Made by a program: the position numbers and the translations under genes. Of a DNA stretch of 64,000 bases, positions 42,961 through 56,300 are shown piece after piece. Every line of letters begins with the position of its first letter. Position 1 is the stretch's first letter. Origin of the DNA: Eledone cirrhosa (Eukaryota); contig OZ024761.1 of NCBI GenBank assembly GCA_964016885.1, positions 17,360,001-17,424,000 on the forward strand. The letters are read 5' to 3'. The notes beneath the pieces were generated by a model. That model had not been told where the DNA came from. It saw nothing but the letters and a program-made list of their open reading frames with translations, and made no database searches.

Positions 42961-43399
42961 ATATATATATATATACACACACATATATGTCCTGGAGTTC
43001 AAGTTATACATGCAAGAATACATTCATACACACATATACATACAAACACACATGCATGCAGCATGCATACACACATACATACACATATATATACGGTCAC
43101 CCGACCAATGTTGCCTCAAGTGGGACAACTCCCGTCTAACCCATGCTAGTGTGGAAGATAGACGTTAAACGATGATGTGTGTGTGTGTCTGTATCCAGGG
43201 TTCAATCGGAGGTAACCACAGTAAGTAAGGTACTCAATACATAGCAGAGTATAAATATTTAATATAGAAATGGCTTCTACAGGACTAGAACTGTTTCATT
43301 TGGGATGATTTCTCCCGAATGAAACAGTTCTAGTCCTGTAGAAGCCATTTCTATATTAAATATATATGTATATCCTTCTCTCAATATATATATATCTTT

Positions 43400-44025
43400 C
43401 TCCCAATATATATATATATATCCTTCCCCCAATAGAAGTATCCTTGCTCCAATATATATATCCTTCCCCCAATAGAAGTATCCTTGCTCCAATATATATA
43501 TCCTTCCCCCAATAGAAGTATCCTTGCTCCAATATATATATATCCTTCCCCCAATAGAAGTATCCTTGCTCCAATATATATATCCTTCCCCCAATAGAAG
43601 TATCCTTGCTCCAATATATATATATCCTTCCCCCAATAGAAGTATCCTTCCCCCAATATATATATATCCTTCCCCCAATAGAAGTATCCTTGCTCCAATA
43701 TATATATATCCTTCCCCCAATAGAAGTATCCTTGCTCCAATATATATATATCCTTCCCCCAATAGAAGTATCCTTGCTCCAATATATATATATCCTTCCC
43801 CCAATAGAAGTATCCTTGCTCCAATATATATATATCCTTCCCCCAATAGAAATATCCTTCCCCCAATATATATATATCCTTCCCCCAATAGAAGTATCCT
43901 TGCTCCAATATATATATATCCTTCCCCCAATATATATATCCTTCCCCCAATATATATATATCCTTCCCCCAATAGAAGTATCCTTCCCCCAATATATATA
44001 TATCCTTCCCCCAATATATATATAG
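43400..44025. repeat. Minisatellite, ~38-40 bp
   Basis: TCCTTCCCCCAATAGAAGTATCCTTGCTCCAA(TA)n repeated. Confidence 0.9.
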
Positions 44026-44385
44026 CTTTCTCTCAATGAAAATAAGAATGAAATTTCCAACATCTATGAAACAAGCTTTAAAAATTAATTTTGTCTGTAA
44101 CTGGTTGCTTCCATGGCAACACAACAAACAAGGAATGACGCACAAGATGCAAATCTCTCTTAATGAAGGTGCAGTTGCATTTGCAGTGAATATATTTGGT
44201 CAGCGTGAACTGTCACATGAACAGTCACATGAGCTATCACCTGAACTGTCACCGCCATCACAGAAGATGACCAGTGCATGCAACAACAGCAACAACAACA
44301 ACAACAACAACACTGTATGTGTCAGAATGTAGCAATGTATGACACATTTTTAAGAAAAATATGGCTTTTGGGAAAAATGTTAATG

Positions 44386-44444
<59 letters not shown>

Positions 44445-44683
44445 AATATGTAAATATGAGAATAAACGTGCTGCGTGGTTGCTAATGGGTTACATATGAA
44501 TAAAGTTAGTCCTTCATCAGTGATCTTTGTTTGTTTACACTCTCGTGTCCCCTTTATTCACGTGTCCCAATGACTTTGTTTAGCCGTTGCTCGCACCAAC
44601 CGGAGGTATATGGTCTTTAAAGCGATGAAATACCAATGATGGTTGGAAGATCACTGATGAAGGACTAACTTTATTCATATATA

Positions 44684-44852
44684 CATGGACACACTAGAAG
44701 AGGAAGACCAAGGTTAACGTATGTTGATGCCCTAAGGACAGACACTGGTCTGTTGGAGATGCAGGACATGGCAGCGATAATGAGGGACAGAGACCGCTGG
44801 AGAGACCTCGTCCATGGATCTCGGGAATTTTACCCGCCTTAGATAGATAGAT
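44684..44852 (+). mobile_element. 3' end of a second RTE-like LINE family with (AGAT)n tail
   Basis: 44684-44842 translates HGHTRRGRPRLTYVDALRTDTGLLEMQDMAAIMRDRDRWRDLVHGSREFYPP* (RTE C-terminal GRP...DR..W pattern), followed directly by AGAT repeats. Confidence 0.75.
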
Positions 44853-45651
44853 AGATATATATATATATAAATGATTAACAGTCATCTGCTAGGGATCTTG
44901 GACGTTTCAACGCATTAAAGACAACTGATGAGGGGACTAACCCTTGTTTGTGCTTTCCTTTCATTTCTAAATACACTTTATCAGTAACCACACAGTACCT
45001 TGTTTCTTCTAAATTTGTATATATATAAACAATGAGTTAGAGACTTAGTATCCCTGAAATAAATGATGATACTGTAGTGATATATTTTCCATTTATTACT
45101 ACTATTATTATATATATATATATTATTATATATATATATGCCATTCTGAGTTCAAATCCCGCCAAGGTTAACTTTGCCTTTCATCCTTACAGGGTCGATA
45201 AAATAAAGTACCAGTAATACACTGGGTAATTGCTGGCCTTGTGCCTAACGTAGAAACAATTATATATATATATATCGGTGGATTGGCAGTATCGGTAGAG
45301 AGTCGGACGCCATGCTTTCCAACATAGTTACGTCCCTTTACGGTCTGAGTTCAAATCCCGCCGAGGTTAGCTTTGCCTTTCATCCTTACGGGGTTGATAA
45401 AATAAAGTACCAGTAATGCACTGGGTAATTGCTGGCCTTGTGCCAAAAAGTAGAAACAATTATTATATATATATATATATATATTTAAATAAATTGGGAT
45501 GGATTCCGTAAGAATCTTGTTAGACCATTACTCACCAGAGTACTCGATATTTGGGGTAGTAGAGTATGGTTATAAGAATGAGTCAAGACCCCTGGAACTA
45601 GCTGTTGAAACGGCAAGAGCTTACTTAGCCATTGGGGTCCTGACTCATTCT

Positions 45652-45684
<33 letters not shown>

Positions 45685-46027
45685 TAATTATTAAAATAAT
45701 GCTTAAACTTTAATCTGTTATTTTAATAAATATATGCTCTACGGTTCTTATATATTTGATATATATTTATCCTTATCGAGCCCTCTTTGGATTTTAGTCT
45801 TCACATTTATTATTATTACTATATTTAGGGCGGTGAATTGGCAGTATCGGTAGAGGGTTGGACGCCATGCTTTGCAGCATAGAGTTACGGTCCTTTATGG
45901 TCTGAGTTCAAATCTCGTCGAGGTTAACTTTGCCTTTCATCCTTACTGGGTCGATAAAATAAAGTACCAGTAATGTATTGGGTAATTGCTGGCCTTGTGC
46001 CAAAAGAAGAAACAATTATTATTACTA

Positions 46028-46078
<51 letters not shown>

Positions 46079-46336
46079 TTGTGTGTGTCATCATCATCAC
46101 CGTTTAATGTCCATTTTCCATGGTTGTATGAGTTGGGATGTCCACGTCATGAGACAAGCCTGGCCAGATTGGCTGAGCTGTACATTGCTCAGATAGAACT
46201 GTAAATTTGGCCAGGATTTTTACAGCTGGATGCTGTTCCCAACACCAACCACATTTAATGCGTGGAACTGGATGGCATCATTATGAGGAGAATCAGGCGA
46301 GTTGGCTGTGCTGTACCCTGTTCATTATATATATAT

Positions 46337-46530
46337 AATGAAGGAAATGTGGTAAGGAACCAGGTGGACCATAACGCACCAAAATACTCAATACTTAGGG
46401 TAGTAGAGTGGGTAATAGGAACGAGTAGGACCCCGACGGCTGAGCTCAAGCCGTTTCGACGGCTAATTCTGGACTGAATTAGCCGTCGAAACGGCTTGAG
46501 CTCGGCCGTCGGGGTCCTACTCGTTCCTAT
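46337..46530 (-). mobile_element. Representative of fold-back family A; other copies 9668-9858 (-), 17443-17626 (+), 24043-24215 (+), 29556-29740 (-), 62049-62237 (-)
   Basis: ~55-bp hairpin arm containing GAAACGGC-TTGAGCTC-GCCGTC (hammerhead 3' half) plus an ~80-bp unpaired extension; every copy flanked by (TA)n. Confidence 0.75.
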
Positions 46531-46555
46531 ATATATATATATGAGTGTATGTGTG

Positions 46556-46596
<41 letters not shown>

Positions 46597-46759
46597 TCTG
46601 CAGTGCTGAGACCAGGGAGACTACTAATCATGGGAGCACTTAATGCATGATGAGATGCAAAGTTGGTATAGAGTTAGGTAAAATCCCGACTGTGCTGCCA
46701 ACTGGTGTCGGCTTGTTCAAGCTGACACCACTTGGTAATGTGGTTGGGATTTTACCTAT

Positions 46760-46793
<34 letters not shown>

Positions 46794-46893
46794 GCATATA
46801 CACACGCACACACACACACACACACATATATATATCTTATATATAGAAATGACTAATACAGGACTAGAACTATTTCATTTGTTTGAAATCATT

Positions 46894-46941
46894 GGACATT
46901 CCTGATGATTTCATATGAATGAAACAGTTCTAGTCATGTAG
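46894..46941 (+). ncRNA. Hammerhead core with degenerate stem I
   Basis: CTGATGA-TTTCATATGAAT-GAAAC-AGTTCTA-GTC-ATGT; triplet GUC. Confidence 0.55.
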
Positions 46942-47574
46942 TAGTAATTTCTATATATAATAAAGATGAATTCTCTACCAACGTATTGAGTACTTTTTTT
47001 ATCTGTGGTTACTCCCTGACACAACTCAGAAACCTACTGGATACACTACAGATTTGTTTTTAAGACTGCAGGATGTAACTTACGGGTAAAATCAACTGGC
47101 AAAAGAACCAGAGGTAGACCCTGAGCAAGATGGTTGGATAATATCCGTGGGCTTAGATGGTCTCACTTGGGGGGGGGGGGGGGGTCCAACTGAATTAAAT
47201 GGAACCAGTTGCTTTTGACAAGACCCACTGGAAGGTTTGTTTGAGGACTCTGTCCGCATGCCCCTCCCAGGAATAAGTGGACAAAGAAGAAGAAAGGATG
47301 TAATTTGAGGGAGATTTAACTTCTATTTCTAGCTGGTCAAGCAATGATGTCCAGGCTAATTTCAGCTGCTCTAATTTCACGCCTGATTGGTTGGGGCTGG
47401 GAAGATCAGCCAGCTGTAACAAATGCCTTATTGTAACAAACCATGTAAAAATAATCATGTTTGCTTTTAACTATGTAAGACATGGTGTCATGAAATTATA
47501 ACCTGTAATTTCATTAAGAGAGATTTATATATATATATATATATATGCGTGTGTGTATATATATATATATGCGC

Positions 47575-47606
<32 letters not shown>

Positions 47607-47693
47607 GCGTGTGTGTGTGTATATATATATATATGTATATTTATATATGTATATATATATTAATGTATATATATATATGTATATTTATATATG

Positions 47694-47738
<45 letters not shown>

Positions 47739-48134
47739 GTATATATATATATCATTATCATCATCATCATCATCACCGTTTAACGTCTGATTTTCCACAC
47801 TTGCCTGGGTTAGATGGTTTGTCCACATTACAAGACAAGTTTGGCCAGTTGGCCATACCTTGCTCAAATGGAACTATTTTCGCTGGAGATTTTGTACAGT
47901 TGGATGCTTCTTCTAACACCAACCACAATATATATATATATATTATAGGGGGATTCCCAATGTATATTGGGATGTGACCACAGTTAAAAAAGGTACTCAA
48001 TATGTTAATAGAGTATAAGTATATATATTTTATTATAGAAATGACCTCTACAGAACAAGAACTGTTTCATTCGCATATATATATATATGCCCCTTGTTTA
48101 TTTTTTATTTTTTTTGTGTTTTTCCATGGAACAG

Positions 48135-48259
48135 ATAGGGTTTACTGAGTATGCCGACCGCTTTGAAGATTGCCGAGTGGATGGTGACCTTTTGTTAGTC
48201 ATCTCGGAGTATGACCTACAAGACAGTATTAGGATGACTCCAAGCATTACCCGAAAAAG
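48135..48259 (+). CDS. SARM1: SARM1 exon: SAM1 domain
   Basis: ggaacag|ATA...AAAAG|gtaaga; IGFTEYADRFEDCRVDGDLLLVISEYDLQDSIRMTPSITRKR with the SAM motif VDGDLLL; phase 0/2. Confidence 0.95.
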
Positions 48260-48633
48260 GTAAGACAATAGTGAAGGTCTGTCAACATCATCATCATCAT
48301 CACATCATCATTGTCATAATAATTGTCAATAACACTTTCAACATCATCATCATCATCATGTCCCTCACCATGACCACCACCATCATCATAACCACCACAC
48401 CACAACCACCATGGCCACCATCACCATGACCACCACCACCATCACTAATTGTCTCTTAACACTATCACAGTTGTCTCCCTTCTCCACCAAATTACCTCCA
48501 AATAGCCATGTTCCATCCCTGTTCACAGTTTGTATGGAAATGCTACTGAAATTTCCATACAATTTCCTTGTGCATGTGTGTGTGTATGTATCTGTATATA
48601 TATTGGAAAATGTGTGAGATCCTTGCTACAGTT

Positions 48634-48687
<54 letters not shown>

Positions 48688-49710
48688 AATAAAAAACACC
48701 AGTGTTTCTTATACTTTATATACCAGCTCTGCATGAACTCTATTGCATTCAGCTTTAAACCCTCTAGTTAAGTCTCACACTCAGAGTTGCTGAAGCATGG
48801 AACAAACTACCTGCATCAGTTGTTCACTACTGAAGAAAAAAGTTTTTCCATAATGAAAAAATGTTATTTTTATTTTTTTTCCTCTGTGAATATATCACAT
48901 ATCAAGTGCCAGCGCATTTTGAAAATGTCAGTCACTGCTATTTCAAGATGTCTTGATTTTTCATCAGTGACATTCACCCAACCCACACACACATACCTAT
49001 ATGCCGTTGTACAAGTCGATCCGATGTATAGGTCAACCCCCTAAAATTCTGAGGTGTAGTTCAGGGGAAGTAGCACGCATCATCATCATCAACATCATCT
49101 TCGTTTAACGTCCATCTTCCATGCTAGCATGGGTTAGACGGGAGTTGTCCCACTTGAGGCAAGGTTGGTCACTTCCACATTTTATATTTGGCGGACGAGT
49201 CGACTTGTAGGCTGGCAGATACGGTATATATCATCACCATCATCTTCACCATTAACATCTGCTTTCCCTTCTAGCAAGGGTTGGACAAGCCTACATAGAC
49301 AAACTCAGTACTGAAGCGAGGCCACTGATATCCCAGACAGGCCAAGGAGGTCTGTATCCCACTTACACACGGTCATTATTGAGTGCAGATGAGAAGTTGT
49401 GTCTTTGACACAAACTGAAGGATCCTCCAAACCCCTCATTTGGCAAGCTTTCTATAGCTAGATGCCCTTCCTAATGCCAACAACTTTACAGCATGTACTG
49501 GGTACTTTTATTGTGTAAATTGATAGTCTGTGGTACTGGGACAAGGAAGACCACAAACAAAAGAAGTACTCACTATATGGTAAGACGCAGAGTGGGTATA
49601 TTAGTGAAAGTAGAGGATCAACTGCTAGCTAGCTGGTTTCTGCTAGTTACATATTCTAGAAGAGTTAACTAGCAGAAACTGCCGAGCTCACAGTCAATCC
49701 TCTACTTTCA

Positions 49711-49779
<69 letters not shown>

Positions 49780-50840
49780 GCAGAAGAATGTTGCTTATCT
49801 CAGTTGTTACGTTGTAACTTCTTGAGGATAAGTCAGTCCTAGTGATCCAAATCACTTCACATCAATAGTTTATCCCAGGTAGGTAATTATGAGTGACGAA
49901 TGATGAAAAAAAAGAAAAATATATATATATATATATATATTATCGTCATCATCGTTTTTACGTTGACATTTTGAATTTGGCATGAGTTGGAGGATATGTT
50001 TTGAGGCAATGTTTTACAGCTGGATGCCTTTCCTGGTGTTGTGCCAACCCCTTTAGTCACCACTTAGGGTTATGATGTACCTATTCTAAAAACCTGATGC
50101 ACGCACACAATCATACACACTCACACTCACACACTTTCACAAACACACACAAACATACACACTCACTCACACAGTTACACAAACACACACACACATATAT
50201 ATGTGGCATTAAGAAGGACATTCAGCTGTAGGAAACTAAGCTAGAAACAGTTCTGTATGAGCAAGACATGGTCACCTGACTCGACTTGCCTCAAACGGGA
50301 CAACCCGTCTAACCCATGCTAGCATGGAAAATGGACGTTAAACGAAGATAATGATGATGATGATATATATATTTTAGTTAACCCACTTGATGAAGTAGAA
50401 AATGACTAAATAAATATATATTTCAGTGAGAAAGAGAGAGACCCATTGTTTGCAGTTCCAATTGCTATATGTGTTTGTATATGTATGTGTGTATATATGT
50501 TGTATATGTGTATGTATGTATGTGTATATGTGTTTGTATATATGTATGTATATATATGTGTATGTGTGTATATATATATGTATGTGTATATGTATGTATG
50601 TATGTGTGTATATATGTATGTGTGTGTGTGTGTGTGTATATATACATATATATATATATGTATATATATATCTTTATGTATCTGTGTATATGTCAGTCTG
50701 TGTGTACCGGATAATAGCTTTTATTCAGTAATATAATGGTATATAAACTGCCTGACTTTATGCTAAGGTAAGAGTGTGGGGGGAGGGGGGGGGGGGGGTT
50801 CTTCTCATTACATAGATGGCATTACTTTCGACATGAATGT

Positions 50841-50887
<47 letters not shown>

Positions 50888-52703
50888 GTGTATAACATTG
50901 CTTTCTACCTTAGACACAACCACCACCACCACTATACCACAAGAAACACCACCTCCACCATCATCATGGCATTACTTTCAACATGAATGTCTCTCATACA
51001 CACACACACATATATATATATATTATTACCTTCTACCTTAGACACCACCATCACCACCACTACACCAACAATACCACCTCCACCTCCACTGTGGCATAAC
51101 TTTCATCATGAATGTCTCTCGCACACATACACGCACACACATATATATATAACATTGTTCTCTACCTGAGACACCAACACCGCCACCACCACCACAGCCC
51201 GACCATCACTAACACCACCAACACCACCAACCACAACACCAACATTACTACCACCACCATCGACACAACTACAGTCCCAACCACCACCACCACCACACCA
51301 CCAATACCACATACCAACAACAACGTAAACACTGGTGTACGTGCCATAACCATGGACACACACACACACACACATGTACCTTACACACATACAAGAAAAA
51401 CTATCAAGTTTTGTTTTAGCCCTAGGCCAGCTCTGATTGAGTAGACTTATGATCAAAGGGATTATAGCCATGTTTTTTGGAAAGAGAGAGAGAGGGAGGG
51501 GAGTACATAGAGTAGAGAGGATTCTACTAGCTATGTAGGTGGGTGGTGTTGGGAGGCACGGCAACCTTCCTAGTATTGTACACTCTACACCAACACCACC
51601 AATAAACTGCAGCCAGTATACTCTAAAATGGAGGGCAATGATCAAACCAAGGGGAGACAATGTAGATTGAGAGAGAAGAGCTCTTTTGTCTTGCCCTGGA
51701 CATGACAACCTCCCTTGTGCTGGTGCCATAATAAACAGTGTCTGTCTACCCAATTCGACTCACAAGCTATTGGTCATCTCTGAACTATAGAATAAAAGGT
51801 ACTTGTCCTAGCTAGGTACCTCCACCACCAGAGACTGAAGTCAGGACTATGAGGGTCGGCATAAAAGTTCATAGGCTGACTGAGATACTTTCATGGAATG
51901 AGCAAATTAGGTTTATTTTTCAACATAGTGCCTGGAAAGAAACAATGCAGTTATTAATCTGAGTACAGCATATTTCTTCCAGAGAAGTGAGAAAGAGATA
52001 TAGGGGAAGAATCGACCCCAGTACTAGAGTGGTACATTTTTTTTATCGACCTCAAAAGGCTGAAAGGTAAAGTTGATCTCAGTGTGATTTGACCTTAGAG
52101 AGCAGAGAGTGGAAACGAATACTGCAAATTATTCTATTTGACATTCTAACAACTCTGCCAATTCATTGTTAATTTGGATTAGCCTGTTGGCTGCCGCATA
52201 TATTTTACACAGCTACAGTTACTATGCTGGGTTTTTTTTCCGTAAAATCACTAAATTTTTAAACATACATTTATTAACAGCACATATTGGCGCCACGGTC
52301 GTGTTGGTGCCATGGTAAAAAAGCACCAAGTACTCACTGTAAATGAGAAACTGAGCCAAAATCAGCTGTAGAAACCGAGCCAAAATCAGTCTTGTATGAG
52401 CAAGACACGGTCACCTGACCTGGCATTGCCCACAACAGGACAACCCATCGAACCCATACTAGCATGGAGACATCGACATAAAACGGTGATGATGATGATG
52501 ATGACATATCTGAATGATTGACAAACGTCACATCAATAAACTAGTAACCCAATCTATTTCTGAAGTTATGAACTGTTGGAAAGGAGTTCAAACAGGTTAG
52601 GATGAGTTATCTCATCTACTGCACTGAAGAGGTTAAAAGGGTTTAAAAACATTTAACAAATCTTTTTTCTTTCTTTCTTTATTTCTTTATTTCTTTATTT
52701 CAG

Positions 52704-52939
52704 GTTTATCCGGGAACTGAAACAGTTGAAGACGACTGCAGATTATTCTTCGTGTGACAACAGCCGCCTGAACGAATGGCTACGAGACATCTCCGAGGAG
52801 TTTTCCCTCTACACCTACCAGATGCTCCGTTGTGGCATCGACAAAACAGTGCTGCCCTCTATCAGTGAAGATGAACTAGAGAGAGAATGTTGTATTTCCA
52901 ACAGCATCCATCGGAGGAAAATTATGGATCATATCAGAG
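52704..52939 (+). CDS. SARM1: SARM1 exon: end of SAM1 and SAM2
   Basis: tttcag|G TTT...AGA G|gtaagt; FIRELKQLKTTADYSSCDNSRLNEWLRDISEEFSLYTYQMLRCGIDKTVLPSISEDELERECCISNSIHRRKIMDHIR; phase 2/1. Confidence 0.96.
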
Positions 52940-53210
52940 GTAAGTATTTTCAGCATCTTGTTGTTGTTGATGATGGTAGTGTTGGTGTTGGTGTTGTTGT
53001 TGTTGGTGATGTTGGTAGTGTTGTTGTTGTTCATAGAAGACCCTAGTGTCTCTCTTTCTCTCTTTTCTCCCTCTCTACAACACTACCATATCTATCTCTC
53101 CTCAGTGTTAACTCTTCCCATTTCCCAGTCTGTCACTATAGAAGCAGATTCTCTCTCTCTCTCCACTGTCAACTACCATCTCTCTCTCTCTCTCTCTCCA
53201 CTGTCAACTA

Positions 53211-53246
<36 letters not shown>

Positions 53247-53339
53247 TTAACTACCATCTCTCTCTCTCTATTTCTCACTCCTCTGTGTTAACTCTCCCTA
53301 TCTCCCAGTTTGCTACTCTCTCTTTCTCTCTCTCTCTCT

Positions 53340-56300
53340 CTCCCCACTGTTAATTACCATCTCTCTCTCTCTCTCCACTATTAACTCTACCTAATTAACT
53401 CTCTCTCTCTCTCTCTTCAGTGTTAACTCTCCCCATCTCCCAGTTCGCCACTCTCTCTTTCTCTCTCTCTCCCCACTGTTAATTACCATCTCTCTCTCTC
53501 CGCTATTAACTCTACCTAATTAACTCTCTCTCTCTCTCTTCAGTGTTAACTCTCCCCCCACTGTTAATTACCATCTCTCTCTCTCCGCTATTAACTCTAC
53601 CTAATTAACTCTCTCTCTCTCTCTCTCTCTCTTCAGTGTTAACTCTCCCCATCTCCCAGTTCGCCACTCTCTCTTTCTCTCTCTCTCCCCACTGTTAATT
53701 ACCATCTCTCTCTCTCCGCTATTAACTCTACCTAATTAACTCTCTCTCTCTCTTCAGTGTTAACTCTCCCCATCTCCCAGTTCGCCACTCTCTCTTTCTC
53801 TCTCTCTCCCCACTGTTAATTACCATCTCTCTCTCTCCGCTATTAACTCTACCTAATTAACTCTCTCTCTCTCTCTTCAGTGTTAACTCTCCCCATCTCC
53901 CAGTTCGCCACTCTCTCTTTCTCTCTCTCTCCCCACTGTTAATTACCATCTCTCTCTCTCTCTCCGCTATTAACTCTACCTAATTAACTCTCTCTCTCTC
54001 TTCAGTGTTAACTCTCCCCATCTCCCAGTTTGCCACTCTCTCTTTCTCTCTCTCTCCCCACTGTTAATTACCATCTCTCTCTCTCCGCTATTAACTCTAC
54101 CTAATTAACTCTCTCTCTCTCTTCAGTGTTAACTCTCCCCATCTCCCAGTTTGCCACTCTCTCTTTCTCTCTCTCCCCCCACTGTTAATTACCATCTCTC
54201 TCTCTCCGCTATTAACTCTACCTAATTAACTCTCTCTCTCTCTTCAGTGTTAACTCTCCCCATCTCCCAGTTCGCCACTCTCTCTTTCTCTCTCTCTCCC
54301 CACTGTTAATTACCATCTCTCTCTCTCCGCTATTAACTCTACCTAATTAACTCTCTCTCTCTCTTCAGTGTTAACTCTCCCCATCTCCCAGTTCGCCACT
54401 CTCTCTTTCTCTCTCTCTCCCCACTGTTAATTACCATCTCTCTCTCTCCGCTATTAACTCTACCTAATTAACTCTCTCTCTCTCTTCAGTGTTAACTCTC
54501 CCCATCTCCCAGTTCGCCACTCTCTCTTTCTCTCTCTCTCCCCACTGTTAATTACCATCTCTCTCTCTCCGCTATTAACTCTACCTAATTAACTCTCTCT
54601 CTCTCTTCAGTGTTAACTCTCCCCATCTCCCAGTTCGCCACTCTCTCTTTCTCTCTCTCTCCCCACTGTTAATTACCATCTCTCTCTCTCCGCTATTAAC
54701 TCTACCTAATTAACTCTCTCTCTCTCTTCAGTGTTAACTCTCCCCATCTCCCAGTTCGCCACTCTCTCTTTCTCTCTCTCCCCCCACTGTTAATTACCAT
54801 CTCTCTCTCTCCGCTATTAACTCTACCTAATTAACTCTCTCTCTCTCTTCAGTGTTAACTCTCCCCATCTCCCAGTTCGCCACTCTCTCTTTCTCTCTCT
54901 CTCCCCACTGTTAATTACCATCTCTCTCTCTCTCCGCTATTAACTCTACCTAATTAACTCTCTCTCTCTCTTCAGTGTTAACTCTCCCCATCTCCCAGTT
55001 CGCCACTCTCTCTTTCTCTCTCTCTCCCCACTGTTAATTACCATCTCTCTCTCTCTCTCCCCACTGTTAATTACCATCTCTCTCTCTCCGCTATTAACTC
55101 TACCTAATTAACTCTCTCTCTCTCTCTCTTCAGTGTTAACTCTCCCCATCTCCCAGTTCGCCACTCTCTCTTTCTCTCTCTCTCCCCACTGTTAATTACC
55201 ATCTCTCTCTCTCCGCTATTAACTCTACCTAATTAACTCTCTCTCTCTCTTCAGTGTTAACTCTCCCCATCTCCCAGTTCGCCACTCTCTCTTTCTCTCT
55301 CTCTCCCCACTGTTAATTACCATCTCTCTCTCTCTCTCCCCACTGTTAATTACCATCTCTCTCTCTCCGCTATTAACTCTACCTAATTAACTCTCTCTCT
55401 CTCTCTCTTCAGTGTTAACTCTCCCCATCTCCCAGTTCGCCACTCTCTCTTTCTCTCTCTCTCCCCACTGTTAATTACCATCTCTCTCTCTCCGCTATTA
55501 ACTCTACCTAATTAACTCTCTCTCTCTCTCTCTCTTCAGTGTTAACTCTCCCCATCTCCCAGTTCGCCACTCTCTCTTTCTCTCTCTCTCCCCACTGTTA
55601 ATTACCATCTCTCTCTCTCCGCTATTAACTCTACCTAATTAACTCTCTCTCTCTCTCTCTCTTCAGTGTTAACTCTCCCCATCTCCCAGTTCGCCACTCT
55701 CTCTTTCTCTCTCTCTCCCCACTGTTAATTACCATCTCTCTCTCTCCGCTATTAACTCTACCTAATTAACTCTCTCTCTCTCTCTCTCTTCAGTGTTAAC
55801 TCTCCCCATCTCCCAGTTCGCCACTCTCTCTTTCTCTCTCTCTCCCCACTGTTAATTACCATCTCTCTCTCTCCGCTATTAACTCTACCTAATTAACTCT
55901 CTCTCTCTCTCTCTCTTCAGTGTTAACTCTCCCCATCTCCCAGTTCGCCACTCTCTCTTTCTCTCTCTCTCCCCACTGTTAATTACCATCTCTCTCTCTC
56001 CGCTATTAACTCTACCTAATTAACTCTCTCTCTCTCTCTCTCTTCAGTGTTAACTCTCCCCATCTCCCAGTTCGCCACTCTCTCTTTCTCTCTCTCTCCC
56101 CACTGTTAATTACCATCTCTCTCTCTCCGCTATTAACTCTACCTAATTAACTCTCTCTCTCTCTCTTCAGTGTTAACTCTCCCCATCTCCCAGTTCGCCA
56201 CTCTCTCTTTCTCTCTCTCTCCCCACTGTTAATTACCATCTCTCTCTCTCCGCTATTAACTCTACCTAATTAACTCTCTCTCTCTCTCTCTCTTCAGTGT

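Noticed and set aside
43277-44145. Repetitive ORFs (LLGEGYIYIGARI, YPSPNRSILAP)
   Set aside because: Open in five frames because of a ~39-bp minisatellite; not protein-coding.
44036-44332. 98-aa ORF with non-repetitive appearance
   Set aside because: No recognisable homology, it is not needed for the SARM1 reading frame (8637 joins 48135 cleanly), and no convincing splice pair was found.
52940-53046. Read-through of ORF 52726-53046 past DHIR
   Set aside because: A strong GTAAGT donor at 52940 and GTT-repeat sequence after it; homology resumes in the 58531 exon.
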